Shown here in pieces: positions 26,101 to 37,558 of a stretch of 64,000 bases of DNA; position 1 is the first letter of the stretch, and each line of letters begins with the position of its first letter. Under the pieces are notes generated by a model. It worked only from the letters and a program-made list of their open reading frames with translations, was not told where the DNA came from and ran no database searches. This DNA comes from Nemertoderma westbladi (lineage: Eukaryota > Animalia > Xenacoelomorpha), in the NCBI GenBank assembly GCA_032718475.1, contig JAUCBJ010008430.1, positions 54,947 through 118,946 on the forward strand, written 5' to 3'. The translations under genes were made by a program, and so were the position numbers.

Positions 26101-27635
26101 CAACTCCTCCTACGTCTCCTAAGAGAATTCACGGAAGAAAGCCCGAAGAAAGAACGAGAGTGCATAACATTAACCAAGTTAAGGTGAGTAACATCAAACC
26201 AAAATGTGCGCTGTGCGACGGGCCCCACCGTTTGAGTGCGTGTGCTGAATTTCTAAAGAAATCCCCTGTAGACAGACGTACAGTCCTGTGGAATAAGCGG
26301 TTATGCTATAATTGCCTCAGATCAGGACACCAACGGCGAACCTGTTACTCCGACGTAAAGTGTGCAAAGTGTGGCGCGAAACATCACATCTTGTTACACA
26401 GTGAGTTCGAACGAGACAACCCGAGTCAGGTAAGTGAGCCCGAACTACATGTCCAATTCAGTGATGTGAACGACACTGACCAAGGTTCTGAGTGGGAAGG
26501 ATTCTATACAGACGAATTCTCCGATGCCAACGAATCCTGTTATCTAATAAATACCACAGTGTATCGAGCACTTACGGATGAAAAGGACACTGACGAGTTT
26601 ACTCCAACTCCTTTTGACAAACAACCATCTTGGAAAGTTCCAACTTCCAACATAGGAATAAGAGAATTTCCTGTAGTGCAAGTTCGAGTTCATGGTCTCA
26701 ACAAGAGTTACATAGTGAACGCCCTACTTGACTCCGGCAGCACAGGAACATTCATCGATCAAGAACTAGCCGAAGATATCTTTGCTGGACAACCCAAGTT
26801 CCGGACTAAATTGAATATGTCAGGAATTATGCAGGTTTGGAAATCTACCCTAACGGCAGATTACTATGTAGGTGTGTTGTCCACCCCCCAGGATAAGTTA
26901 GGAACACAAGGTATAAGGTCAGTAAAAATGGTGGCTATAAAGAACTTTGCTACTACTCAAGCAGACCTTTATAATTGGGACGAAGATGAGAGCATCCAAC
27001 ATCTTAAGATACCTCAATTCCAGACAGATTATCCTGGAGTGCAAATACTCATCGGCCAAAACGCGCACGAGGCGCTCGAAACATTAGAGAAACGGCCTGC
27101 TCAACCACAGCCATTACAAACTTATGCGGTAAGAACTAGAGTAGGTTGGTACTTCACTGGCCCTTCCCGTAGAACTCTCAAAGAGAGATTACCTCAACAA
27201 CAGGTATACCAAGTAAAGGAATGGGAAGTGGAGAGCAGTGATGTGGACGATCCAACTGAGGGAACACCATACTCCTCAGATAATGACGATATTAACTCCA
27301 ATGTAGATCAATGGAGACATTGCCTTGGGACGATTAATCCAGCCGACATCGCTTCCAGAGGAGCAACTCCTCAAGAACTGATAGATACTCCAGGCTGGTT
27401 AGGTGGATCCGACTCCTTAAGTAAAGAAGAAGAAGAATGGCCTCCTCATCTTACCACGGCAGAAATTAGACAGGCCAAGGGAGCGGAGAAAGTAACACAA
27501 CAACTCAATCGCCCAGCTAGTCGTTTATGTTTACTGGAAAGAGACCGAAAACTGTCTGAAAACTATGGAAGGCAAGATACTCTTCCTACGACTACTTCCC
27601 TAATCCGACAAATATCTAGGGACTCCATAACGTGA
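23106..27635 (+). pseudogene. BEL/Pao gag-protease polyprotein (~1500 aa, two frameshifts; RT, most RNase H and integrase deleted)
   Basis: DUF1759-like IKFNGD..KW..F..YY...EKLRFL..CLEG; three knuckles CALCDGPH..SAC, CYNCLRSGH..RTC, CAKCGAKHHILLH; protease ALLDSGS; remnants WRH...NPADIASRG and RPASRLCLLE; frameshifts near 24420 and 24815. Confidence 0.9.
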
Positions 27636-29059
27636 TAGCATGTGGAGTGGGCGTGTGACTATATCATTTTATATTTGTTTTTATTTTATATTTATGTATG
27701 TATTATTATGTAATTTTATTATAATCGTTTTCTTTAATTTTATTTAGTAGAATGTTATTTTAGAATATTTAGTAAATTAGTGCAATATATTAGTGTTTAT
27801 TACGTATTTAATTACTTACAATATATTTAGTGCGACGGCAAGAAATAATTATTTTTCTCTTTCCTTACTGTCCGTATTATATTATAAATGCGAGACTATA
27901 GTAAGATGACATGTCAGTACTTCTTAAAGTACAATAAAGCCACTACTATATTTAAGTATTATTGGTAGGCAGAGTATTAGGAATGCAAAGTTCAGATCCT
28001 CGTGTCTCGGCTAAACCAAGCTCTGGGTAGACCTTGGAAACGACTTGCCTCTTCACACTGACATTGCTTCGTGCGATATTGCTCTTCTACCTTATAACAA
28101 ATAATACATATAGTAGCGTGATGTCCCTCTAACAGTAGCGTAAATCGCAAATAAATCTGTTAAACTTTTGACCATCTGTAATTCTAGTCGATTAAGATAT
28201 CGTGGCACCCACCGATATACTTGAAAGACAAATTCTAGAATCAGTGGTTAACGTCCCCAGACAAGTTCTGGAATAAATCGGTGCTCATCCTAAATATTAA
28301 TTTAATATTTATTAAAATCTGTAAAATCCCGATCCTTTAAAAATTCTAGTCAATTAAGATATCGCAGTATTTACCGATATTCTTAGAAGGACTATTTTAT
28401 AGAATTAAGGATCCTAAGTCCCCAGATATGCTCTGGAATAAAATTTGTGTCAATTTAACATCAAATAATAAAATTCACGGGAATAAATTTAAATTCATAT
28501 TCAAATGAATTTCATAAATTGTCATTTTGTGCAATTTATAACATTCCCAAAATTCCAGTGGTTAATAGATCATGGGAGCGGAGATTCATATTGAGTGTAC
28601 TAGAGTGCGAGAATCTCCAACATATAGTCAATAGCCGATAAAATTTATAAAATCATGCATAAAGAGGATATTGACAACTAAAGAATTACTATTAAATAAC
28701 ATCCCAGATCTGTATGCATGAGAATTACCCTAATTCTACCGCTAGTTTTCCATAATGTCACCATGGCAACACCCACGCTAGAATTAGAAGCAAGTTAAAG
28801 GAACAATAAAAAGCTTGCCCCATTGCGTAGCATAAGAGTATACATAGCGCACTATTAGTATCCAAGGATACATAGTAATAACGTGACATTCTGGAAGACA
28901 CTGACTAACGGACAAATGGCATGCATGTGTGCAGTAAGTAATGATTGTATGGAATTTGTGCGTTTATAGGTGAATGTTACTACTAAAGTGTGTTTACAGT
29001 AGCTAATCGCAATTGTAAAATAGCCCTAACTCTACCGAGATAACCTCAAGTGGATTCAA

Positions 29060-29212
29060 GCCTTTGGGACGGACAGTGGTGGGACTTGTGCCGGTTATCG
29101 TTGTCGTGCTGTTGCTACATGTTGGCGTAAACACCGCGACAACGGTACATCGGCGCTGAGAAACCCACTGTCCGGGGGCAAAGCCTAGTAGGCAGCGACG
29201 CCCGCTTGCCTA
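29060..29212 (+). ncRNA. Predicted long RNA stem-loop plus short hairpin upstream of the accessory ORF
   Basis: CGGACAGTGG/CCACTGTCCG, GTGCCGGT/ATCGGCGC and TATCGTTGTCGTG/CGCGACAACGGTA pair, with four G.U pairs; second hairpin TAGGCAGCG/CGCTTGCCTA. Confidence 0.6.
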
Positions 29213-29255
29213 AAATATTAACTCATATTGATATTAATAAACTCAGATAGCAGAT

Positions 29256-30706
29256 ATGACGGAATTGATAGAAGATGACCTTGGTATCAGGGAGCGATAT
29301 ACTCTACCTTTACAAGCGTTTGTGGATAGCTTGATACGCGGTGAAGCCGATCCGACTATTACGGAGGACGATGGTCGTTATATCGAACCGCCGATGTCCC
29401 AGGAACAACTTACGCGTGAATTGGACTATAGAAAATTCACCGCTCGCTATACGAATCGTAATGGTACGTATATGGACTTCTTAACTACCGGCCATCCTAC
29501 CGATTTACATGATACGGACGATGTATACACCGAAAGGGAAATGGTTCTATTTAAATATCATACCCAGCGTAGTCGTAACGATAAACCGAGAATAGATCAC
29601 GAAAATTATATTCGTAACAGACTGGGAAGACGAACCCATATGTTTAGAATCTGAAGAGATTCAGCCCCCCACGTCTCGGAGTAGCGATAGCGACTACATA
29701 TGGGAATGGTATCAAGGTCCACAGTGTCTCACTGCGTACGATTATCGCCATGCCAACTATGTTTCTCGGCAACGTTGTCGGTTATGCGCATCGAGAGACC
29801 ATGTTACGCCCATGGACACAAACGTCCGCTGTTCCTATTTCCACGAACAACCGACGATGGAAATTTATTGCGCGTATTACAGACTCAATAACTTGCACAT
29901 TTTTGCGGTTTGCCCTCAATTTATGACTCAATGTCACCATTGTCAACTAAAGGGACGCGCCAGTTTCGATTGCCCTTTTTTGTCACGATTTGGAAAGCGT
30001 AGATGAAATGATCACACTACGTTACATCAGAGCTTGGGAAGCGAACGCTGATTTACATTGTGATTCGCGCCATCGTTATTATCCTGGACGCGCTCACGAA
30101 GGAGTTTATGCGTTCCATCCTTATCTATTCGCTTCTGTCGAACAGAAATCACGCATATCAAGTTATGAACTACTGAAGCGCGTTGGAGAATGTATTTCAA
30201 CCAAATATGTACGCAAATTTCTCAGGAGCATTAATCCGAGTGACATCTATTCTTACAACTTAATAAACTTTATCCGTCAAGACCCTGCCTATGGAGACTT
30301 ATTTGTCAACTCACACCCCGAGTTACAGGAAGTATATCGACGGCCTTACGAGTACCGAGCCCGCGAACGCGAGTTGGAAAGAACCATTAAACCAAGGAAG
30401 TTTCTAACTGCCTATGGTCCACCCTCGGCCCTCGTTCAGACCACTCGTAAAGGACCCGTAAGAGCGGCTGCCTTGAAACGAGCTCTCAAAGCCGTTAGAC
30501 CCCTCTCCCCGGACGTTGATGTCAATCAACCCGGTACTTCGACCGGCGGATATACCGATCGTAATCCCATACCTTCTGATGCAATCATATTGCACCCTTC
30601 ACCCAGGAGTTATAGCCCTCCTCGTAAAGTGGCTCGCCCCAAAGAGAAAAGGACTCTTGCTAGCTTTAAAAAACTGCGTAAACGCCGTCCGCGCAAGAAA
30701 GACTAA
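29256..30706 (+). pseudogene. Accessory 3' ORF (~480 aa, two frameshifts) with three CCHC-like knuckles and a basic tail
   Basis: Overlapping open frames 29256-29654, about 29596-30006 and about 29978-30706; CRLCASRDH..C, CAY(Y)RLNNLHIFAVC and CHHCQLKG(R)ASFDC; C-terminus KKLRKRRPRKKD. Confidence 0.7.
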
Positions 30707-30784
30707 CTGTTTAGAGTATTTTTATATTTTAGAAACTGTGATTTTGTATATTTTATAGACTTAAATCCCATTTTCTGGGAGCGG

Positions 30785-31336
30785 TGTAAAAGCTTTTGTG
30801 GGATAACTGATTCGTTTGCCTTGCTGGCCAGTTCCCCCCCCCCCCCCGGTCGCTAGAATACTCTAAAAGGGATCTATAGGTAAAATAGTGCAAGCTACCA
30901 GCTTATTGGCTGATGGGCTGTACGAGAGTATCTGGGTTCTGTTCGATCAGCCAACCAGCTTAGGGAGGTTGCCTTAGCCCTGCTGTCCGCATCGGCCAAT
31001 AGAATTTGAGTGGGCGTTGATTTTGACCTATCCCAGAGCTACTGAACTGAATTTTCCTATCTCACTGCTCATCCTCTGTGTTGAACGGGAGCTTCGGGGA
31101 ATAAGGGTAGTTGGTATCCTCGTATAGTTATGTAGTCATATGATTTTATATGATTCTGTTGTTGTGTTCCCATTTTCGCCATAACACCGGCTTTTTGGGA
31201 AGAACTCTAGTAAAACTGCTTAAATTATCGAAAGTATAAACTGTTATTCAATCGATTTATATTAATGTGGTGTGTATTGAATCTAATATAAATTTTGGCA
31301 GGTTAAACTGCTAAAGGTCTTCAAAAGCGCGAACAT
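30785..31336 (+). repeat. 3' LTR with two internal deletions
   Basis: Matches 19687-20148, then 20356-20389, then about 20846-20894. Confidence 0.85.
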
Positions 31337-32028
31337 GGTTGCATTTACGGGCATTTTCTCCAAATCTATTGTGGAAATAACAAAGTTCATTCCGGGCTTT
31401 TGTTCTTTGCTTTGAAGGAGGCGGCGCGGAATGTGTAGAGTTGATGCCTGGGTGGCCGAAATTATTGCCTGAAGCTTCAATAATGTTATCTGCCTCTATT
31501 GCCAGTTGGTCAAGCTCCGACGTTTTGGAGCCAGCCAGGATACGGCGCACTTCGATAGGCATTTGAGCCAGGAAAAGAGCACGGAATATTGTCTCAGGGT
31601 TGCCATTGAGAGAACGCATGTGTCGAAGCAGTCCCGATGGTGTACGATCCCCAAGACCAGATAATGACAGTAATTCATTGTCTTTGGCCGTTTGAGATTT
31701 ACCAAAGGTTTTGATGAGGGCTGTCTTCAGAGTTTCATAGCGATCATCAATTGGAGGGCTGAGGATAATCGATCTAACTTCTTTAGCAGTGGCATTGTCC
31801 AGAGCTGCAACGATGTAATTAAACTTTGTCTTGTCGACAGTAATCGGGGGTGTTCTCGTGTCAAACTGCGCCTCCACTTGAGCAAACCAAACTTCTGGTT
31901 CGGCTGTCCAGAACACAGGGAGTTTGACAGAAACGGACGAAATTACTGGTGCATGAGATGGATCAGTGACAGGCGTCGTTAGGTTTTTGATGGCCTGAGC
32001 TAGTAGCTGAATGTCGTTTTGATCCATC
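31337..32028 (-). pseudogene. Gypsy (CsRn1-like) gag, truncated in its CHCC motif
   Basis: VKLPVFW..EPEVWFAQVEAQF...LGDRTPSGLLRHMRSL...CYFHNRFGENARKC; the last residues of the listed ORF (VRAFEDL) are read from the adjacent BEL LTR. Confidence 0.88.
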
Positions 32029-32060
32029 GCGTGTGTTTTTGCTTGGTAAAATGAGTTCGG

Positions 32061-32074
32061 CGTCCGGGTCACCA
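32061..32074 (-). promoter_or_regulatory. Primer-binding site (tRNA-Trp type)
   Basis: TGGTGACCCGGACG lies 1 nt after the LTR end on the minus strand. Confidence 0.8.
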
Positions 32075-32075
32075 G

Positions 32076-32287
32076 TTTAGCGTGAGCTAAGTTTAGTGTA
32101 TTATTATCTTTTGATCATTAAAATAATACGTAATAAAAGTATTAATACATATACGCGTTTTTCAGTACAAAGTGTAGTGATCTAGCTAGCTATATGAATC
32201 ATTGTTTTGTTGTGTTGCCTAGCAACATATCCAGCATCCTTAGCTGGGAAACCTATCAGCTAACGTTCTAGTTCCAGGGTCGCCACA
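32076..32287 (-). repeat. Gypsy 5' LTR (~212 bp)
   Basis: Minus strand TGTGGCG ... CGCTAAA (mutated CGCTACA), adjacent to the PBS. Confidence 0.7.
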
Positions 32288-32589
32288 GTGTCCTAAATAA
32301 GGTGTAAATTTCTTAGAATGATTTTAAAAAGTTTCTAAATTATTAAATCTAAATCTAAACTCTGATAATGAATTCTATATCCTTGTGAGTATTCCATTAC
32401 ATTTAGAAACTATTTAAAATCATTATAAGACCATTACGCTACACACACATCCATTACTAACATATCGAGTTTCTGTACCTACATAAACCTACGACAGATC
32501 AATTACGCTACACTCCCGTTACTACTTCTACGATCGGCATGCTGCATTGAAGCTGCATTATATATTAGATATATTTTTACAATGCTGTG

Positions 32590-32830
32590 CAGGCTTGTCG
32601 ACAAAATTTCGCCGCCACAACTCCCTATCATCCATGACATTTGCTAGATCATCCGCATTTTCAAGGCCAGTCTCCTTTAAGATGCATCTCAAAAAAGTGA
32701 TGGGAAGTCCACCATGCTTATTCGCTCCATGAGGTGATTATGCACTGGCTGGTCCTCATGGCGAAATCAATGTCCTGCTAAGTGCAAGTGTTAAGCTAGG
32801 TGAGATTAATGGAACACCTTCAATGTTGAT
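32590..32830 (-). mobile_element. Degraded 3' fragment of an RTE-like LINE
   Basis: Minus-strand frames give LAGH.FRHEDQPV and TFLRCILKETGLENADDLANVMDDRELWRR, resembling RTE ORF2 C-termini. Confidence 0.5.
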
Positions 32831-33059
32831 GTCCTCCAATGCTCACACACCCGTTACTAATATATTGAGTTTCTGTACCTACATAAACCTACTGTACCAT
32901 TAAGGACGATATTTCAGTGTTATGTTCTTTTATTGACCCATTCAATGTTTGTTCTATAATGACAGAGGTAGACAGACCACCAGTAATAGAGGCCTACAGT
33001 ACAGTAGATAAACGACTCCATGTTAAAACATTAATTCCTTTTTTCCTTATTTGGATGCA

Positions 33060-33420
33060 AAAATATAATTTAATTCTTAAATTGTTTCTTTTTCGCTCGA
33101 ATATAGCCCAAAATCGGAAGAAAAGGTTTTTCTCCAGGGAAAAAAGTATCCCATAGGCTTGCAATTATTTTACTTTTTTCCCAGCGAAGAAAGTAAAATA
33201 AAATATTTTTGGTGGAATTTCTTAAATTACACACGCTTTACGAGAGATCGACGTAGAAATGGTTTGCACGTAATTTGAGCAAAATCCGTCCACTCACTCA
33301 AATGTTATGGCCAATTCAGCATCTGCGATAGGTAGGCCTAGTCCAAAACGGAACTCATTATCCAATATTGGTTTATGTAGTTAAGCGGCACTCTAGTTAG
33401 GCCTACGTAATAAATATATA
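33060..33420 (-). repeat. Dispersed repeat, inverted homolog of 12800-13120
   Basis: Same shared blocks; carries extra TAGGCCTA insertions. Confidence 0.7.
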
Positions 33421-33609
33421 TATTTTTTTAATTTTATTTACACTCTGTATGAGTAAAAAGGGGTTTAAAAGCAGTAAAATCAGTACTACTGTATTTACAA
33501 AAAAATGTAGCATAATTAGATAATCAATAAATAACAATAAACGAGATACTGTAAGTAAATTTTTTTCCCTTATGTTAAAATGGAGAGCGCTGAGAGAGAG
33601 AGGCCCGAG

Positions 33610-33820
33610 TTACATGTGAGGCAATGGTACCTGTCGCTTGCTGAGGTGTCGCGAATTTACACACGCAGTCGGAAGTCGGCTCGTGGAAAGTTCCCCCAGT
33701 CTTGCACAGTTTCCAGTGGAACCCATGGCCCGTATCCATTGTAGCTAAATGGCGAGTTTTCTGCATAGCTTCTTGCCAAGAAGTCGATGCGAATTGAGGT
33801 CCGTTGGAGTAACCTTGGAT
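33610..33820 (-). mobile_element. LINE 3'-end remnant related to the 60100-62802 element
   Basis: HGFHWKLC..GTFHEPTSDCVCKF resembles NGFHHKVC..NCWRPTPLCVCRLC. Confidence 0.55.
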
Positions 33821-34383
33821 AATGAAGATAATATTCGAGAACACTAAATTATTTATCATTGCGTAATTCAGTATCAGGAATAGAAAAGTACATAAATTTG
33901 AATCGCAGTAACAATGAAAGCAATATAGTAAAATAACTACAGTTCAATTTATTTTGTAAGACTACTGTATATCGCTCTATTAGGCGAGTCAATCTAGCCA
34001 AAAAAGGGCGTCAACCCATACCAAATTCGCAATTCATCTAAACCAATTTTTATTATTCTATATTACCTAGCTAATACACCCAAAAAGTCTATAAAATATA
34101 TTATGCGGATCACTTTCAATTTCCTGTTTCTTCCTTAGCAACATAGATTTTACATAGCAACATGGGATCTACATGGCATAGCAACATGGGATTTTCTCCA
34201 AATTTGGTAGGGCTGCAGATAAACTTGAATCTAATAACTATCGATTGACTGAAGTATGCACTTCTATATAGTTACCAATTTATTTTCCAGAGCAACGGAA
34301 ATTTGTCTAATAAAATTTAACCATTTTTAATACCAATTTTGCTGGTACAATATAAGGACCTTATTTACACAACTTCTCTACTA

Positions 34384-35000
34384 AACGGGTGGATGTAACG
34401 TGGATTGCGGTTTGCAGGTCCCAGTTAGTGACCTAAAGAACCGCTCAGCACTCCTGGGCGTTTCAGGTAACCAGACAAAATCTGGTCTTGGGAACAGTAC
34501 ACACCACTCGAACGTCGATTGCGTCAAGTTCCACAATGTAATGGAGGAAGTCGAACCTCCGCTCCTGGTCGGCCTATCGCCGGAGGATGTAGATACCACT
34601 CTGAAGGATTTAAATAACCTTATCGCCTCCAGTTCTAGAATAGCTCGCAATCCGGGCTGCAACACTAGATTCGATAAACGCAACAAATATACTAGGTGGG
34701 AAACCATTCTCGAAGGTAATGATCCTAAACAGATATGGCGGGCAATAAACTGGAAGGGCCAGCTGTACGACGGTAACGATAATCTCGCTCAGGACCAACC
34801 GCCCCCTAGCCAGTTTAAAGCTCACTTTGAATCTCTACTAAATCCCACAAGAGCCGTTCCGCTAAGCGCTGGAATCGATCCTGAGTTTGAATCGGCGCCG
34901 TATATACCGGAACTAGACGATAAGTTTACTCCACGCGAGCTTGCTGATACTCTAGCTGATATTAAGGTTAATAAAGCGTATTGGGGCAGTAGTTTAGGGT
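34384..35000 (+). mobile_element. RTEX-like LINE ORF2, segment 5' of the MULE insertion
   Basis: DPKQIWRAINWKG...FKAHFESLLN...IPELDDKFT..EL...IKVNKA; joins in frame to 40783 when the MULE and one TSD are removed (SSLG|LICKLP). Confidence 0.85.
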
Positions 35001-35899
35001 GGGTGATGCTAAATTCACTCCACAGACTCGACATAAGCTGAGGGTAAGGTAGAAAGCAGTAACAGCCAATACAATTACAGGAGGCTCTTAGTTGCTAAGA
35101 TGCACTGTCAAGACAACGGTATAAATAATAACATAAACAGCTGGGATTAAATAGGCTTGCAGTTACACATCACAGACTGATTGCTTACTTACTACAGACT
35201 GTCTTCTGATAAAGTATTATATTTAGTTATATAGTCATAGTCTTACGGCATAGTCGGCGTCAATAATTATCGAAATCTGTCGTATTAAAATTTACGCAGA
35301 ATATTATGGTTAGAATTTCCGTTTCAATGCAGCTATTTCTAACCAACCTGCCGTATATGTAACGCTGTCGGTACCCGGTATTTTCTCAAAAGCTTGGTAT
35401 GAACTATATTGTACAGTATATGTCCATCTGCCATAAATCAGCAGTTCCACGCGTAGTTTCGAGAATTTACATAGTTATAAAGGTCGTAAGTGTAAGTTTG
35501 TGAAAAATACTCTCAGTCAAAACAGGACGAGCGCAACGAGGCTTTTAATAAAGACGAGTACTGCGTTGACTATATATAATCCTAAACCGCCTGATATACA
35601 GTAGCATATTGAAAGAGTTATCATTTTGTTCAAAACCGGGAGTGAAATGTTGTATGCTATATATTTTGATGACCAGATGTACAGAAGAGCGCAACGAGTG
35701 TTTTAATAGACTACACTTAGTGTCTTAGACTTCATGTTAGATTATACGTTGAATATACTCCTAAACCAGCGTTCAGAGTTCAGCACACTGAAAGATAATT
35801 ATATGAATTTGTTCATAACAGGTGGAATGTTGTAAGATGTCTAATTGGTGATCAGATATACAGAACGAGAGCAATAATGCTTTTAATGTATATGATATT

Positions 35900-36200
35900 T
35901 GAGTTGACAGTCTTGACATGACATTACTTGACTTTATGGCACTTGGCATGACGTCACTTGACTTGACGTTACTTGAATGACGTAACTTGCTTGACATTAT
36001 GTATCTTGATATTACATCACTTGACTTGAAGTCACTGGACTTGATGGCACTTGACTTGGTGGCACTTGACTTGACGTCACTTGATCACTTAGTCAACTAA
36101 CCTGACTCTACTTGACTTGACGTCACTTCACTAAACATCACGACCTCAATTCACTTGAGATCACTTAATTCGACATCGCGTCCCATCACATGACTTTGAT
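35900..36200. repeat. Degenerate ~15-bp repeat (GACTTGACGTCACTT)
   Basis: Recurrent CACTTGAC / TGACGTCA motifs. Confidence 0.7.
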
Positions 36201-36519
36201 ATTGAGATGATATTAAAATTTGCGCCTAAAAAAGCAGAATCTTTGTAATTATTGTAGTACGGTAATTATTGTATTTACTGTAAAACATTTCGTATAGTAT
36301 TCGTAATTTATTTATTTGTTCCATCACACCCCCAACTAGAGATTCATTAACTTGCCAAAATAGGCAAGGTATTCTTTTTTACTTGCCAATACGGGCAAGG
36401 TATATGAACTTGAAATCACGCTTGACGTCAATTGACGACAAACCTGACCTGACTACTGGTCAACTAACCTAACCTGACCTCACCTCACATGACATGACAT
36501 CACTTGACTCAACATATTA

Positions 36520-37512
36520 CATTAGTGTACCCGATTACCAATTTCATTCCCTTGTCACCAATCTCAGTACTTGGTTACAAATTTTTGTTTCTGGTTACAG
36601 ATTGAAGTTCCCAGTTACAAATTTGTGTATCAGTTACAAATTGCCACTCAGATACATATTAGTGCAAACGTTACCAATTTCATCCCCATGTTACTAATTT
36701 CCGTCTCAGATTACGAATTTCAGTATTGGTTACGAATTTATCTTTCAGGTTACAAATTGTAGTTCCCGCGGTTACTAATTTGAGTATCAAGTTACAAATT
36801 GCCACAGAGTTACATATTAGTGCACCCAGTTACCAATTTCAGTCTCAGGTTACTAATTTCAGTACTTGGTTACGAATTTCTCTTTCAGGTTACAAATTGT
36901 AGTTCCCGGTTACTAATTTGAGTATCAAGTTACAAATTGCCACCCAGTTACATATTAGTGCACCCAGTTACCAATTTCAGTCTCAGGTTACTAATTTCAG
37001 TACTTGGTTACGAATTTCTCTTTCAGGTTACAAATTGTAGTTCCCGGTTACTAATTTGAGTATCAAGTTAAAAATTGCCACCCAGTTACATATTAGTGCA
37101 CCCAGTTACCAATTTCAGTCGCAGGTTACTACTTTCAGTAGGTACTTGGTTACGAATTTCTCTTTCAGGTTACAAATTGTAGTTCCCGGTTACTAATTTG
37201 AGTATCAAGTTACAAATTGCCACCCAGTTACATATTAGTGCACCCAGTTACCAATTTCAGTCTCAGGTTACTAATTTCAGTACTTGGTTACGAATTTCTC
37301 TTTCAGGTTACAAATTGTAGTTCCCGGTTACTAATTTGAGTATCAAGTTACAAATTGCCACCCAGTTACATATTAGTGCACCCAGTTACCAATTTCAGTC
37401 GCAGGTTACTACTTTCAGTAGGTACTTGGTTACGAATTTCTCTTTCAGGTTACAAATTGTAGTTCCCGGTTACTAATTTGAGTATCAAGTTACAAATTGC
37501 CACCCAGTTACA
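36520..37512. repeat. Hierarchical satellite: 18-20-bp GTTAC subunits x7 forming 138/142-bp units
   Basis: Unit starts at 36770, 36908, 37046, 37188, 37326 and 37468. Confidence 0.95.
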
Positions 37513-37558
37513 ACCCATATAATCCAAAAATATCAGGGCTTCGTCGTGTCCTCTAGGT

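Larger units (their letters stand above)
19687..31336 (+). mobile_element. BEL/Pao LTR retrotransposon, non-autonomous deletion derivative
   Basis: Direct LTRs starting TGTAAAAGC at 19687 and 30785, homology ending GCGCGAACA; purine-rich TGGGAGCGG before the 3' LTR; BEL-type gag and protease motifs. Confidence 0.9.

Noticed and set aside
29155-29170. Hammerhead ribozyme core (CTGAGAAAC)
   Set aside because: Lacks the CUGANGA-stem II-GAAA spacing.
31250-31300. 3' LTR deletions as spliced-out introns
   Set aside because: The deleted blocks do not have GT-AG ends on either strand.
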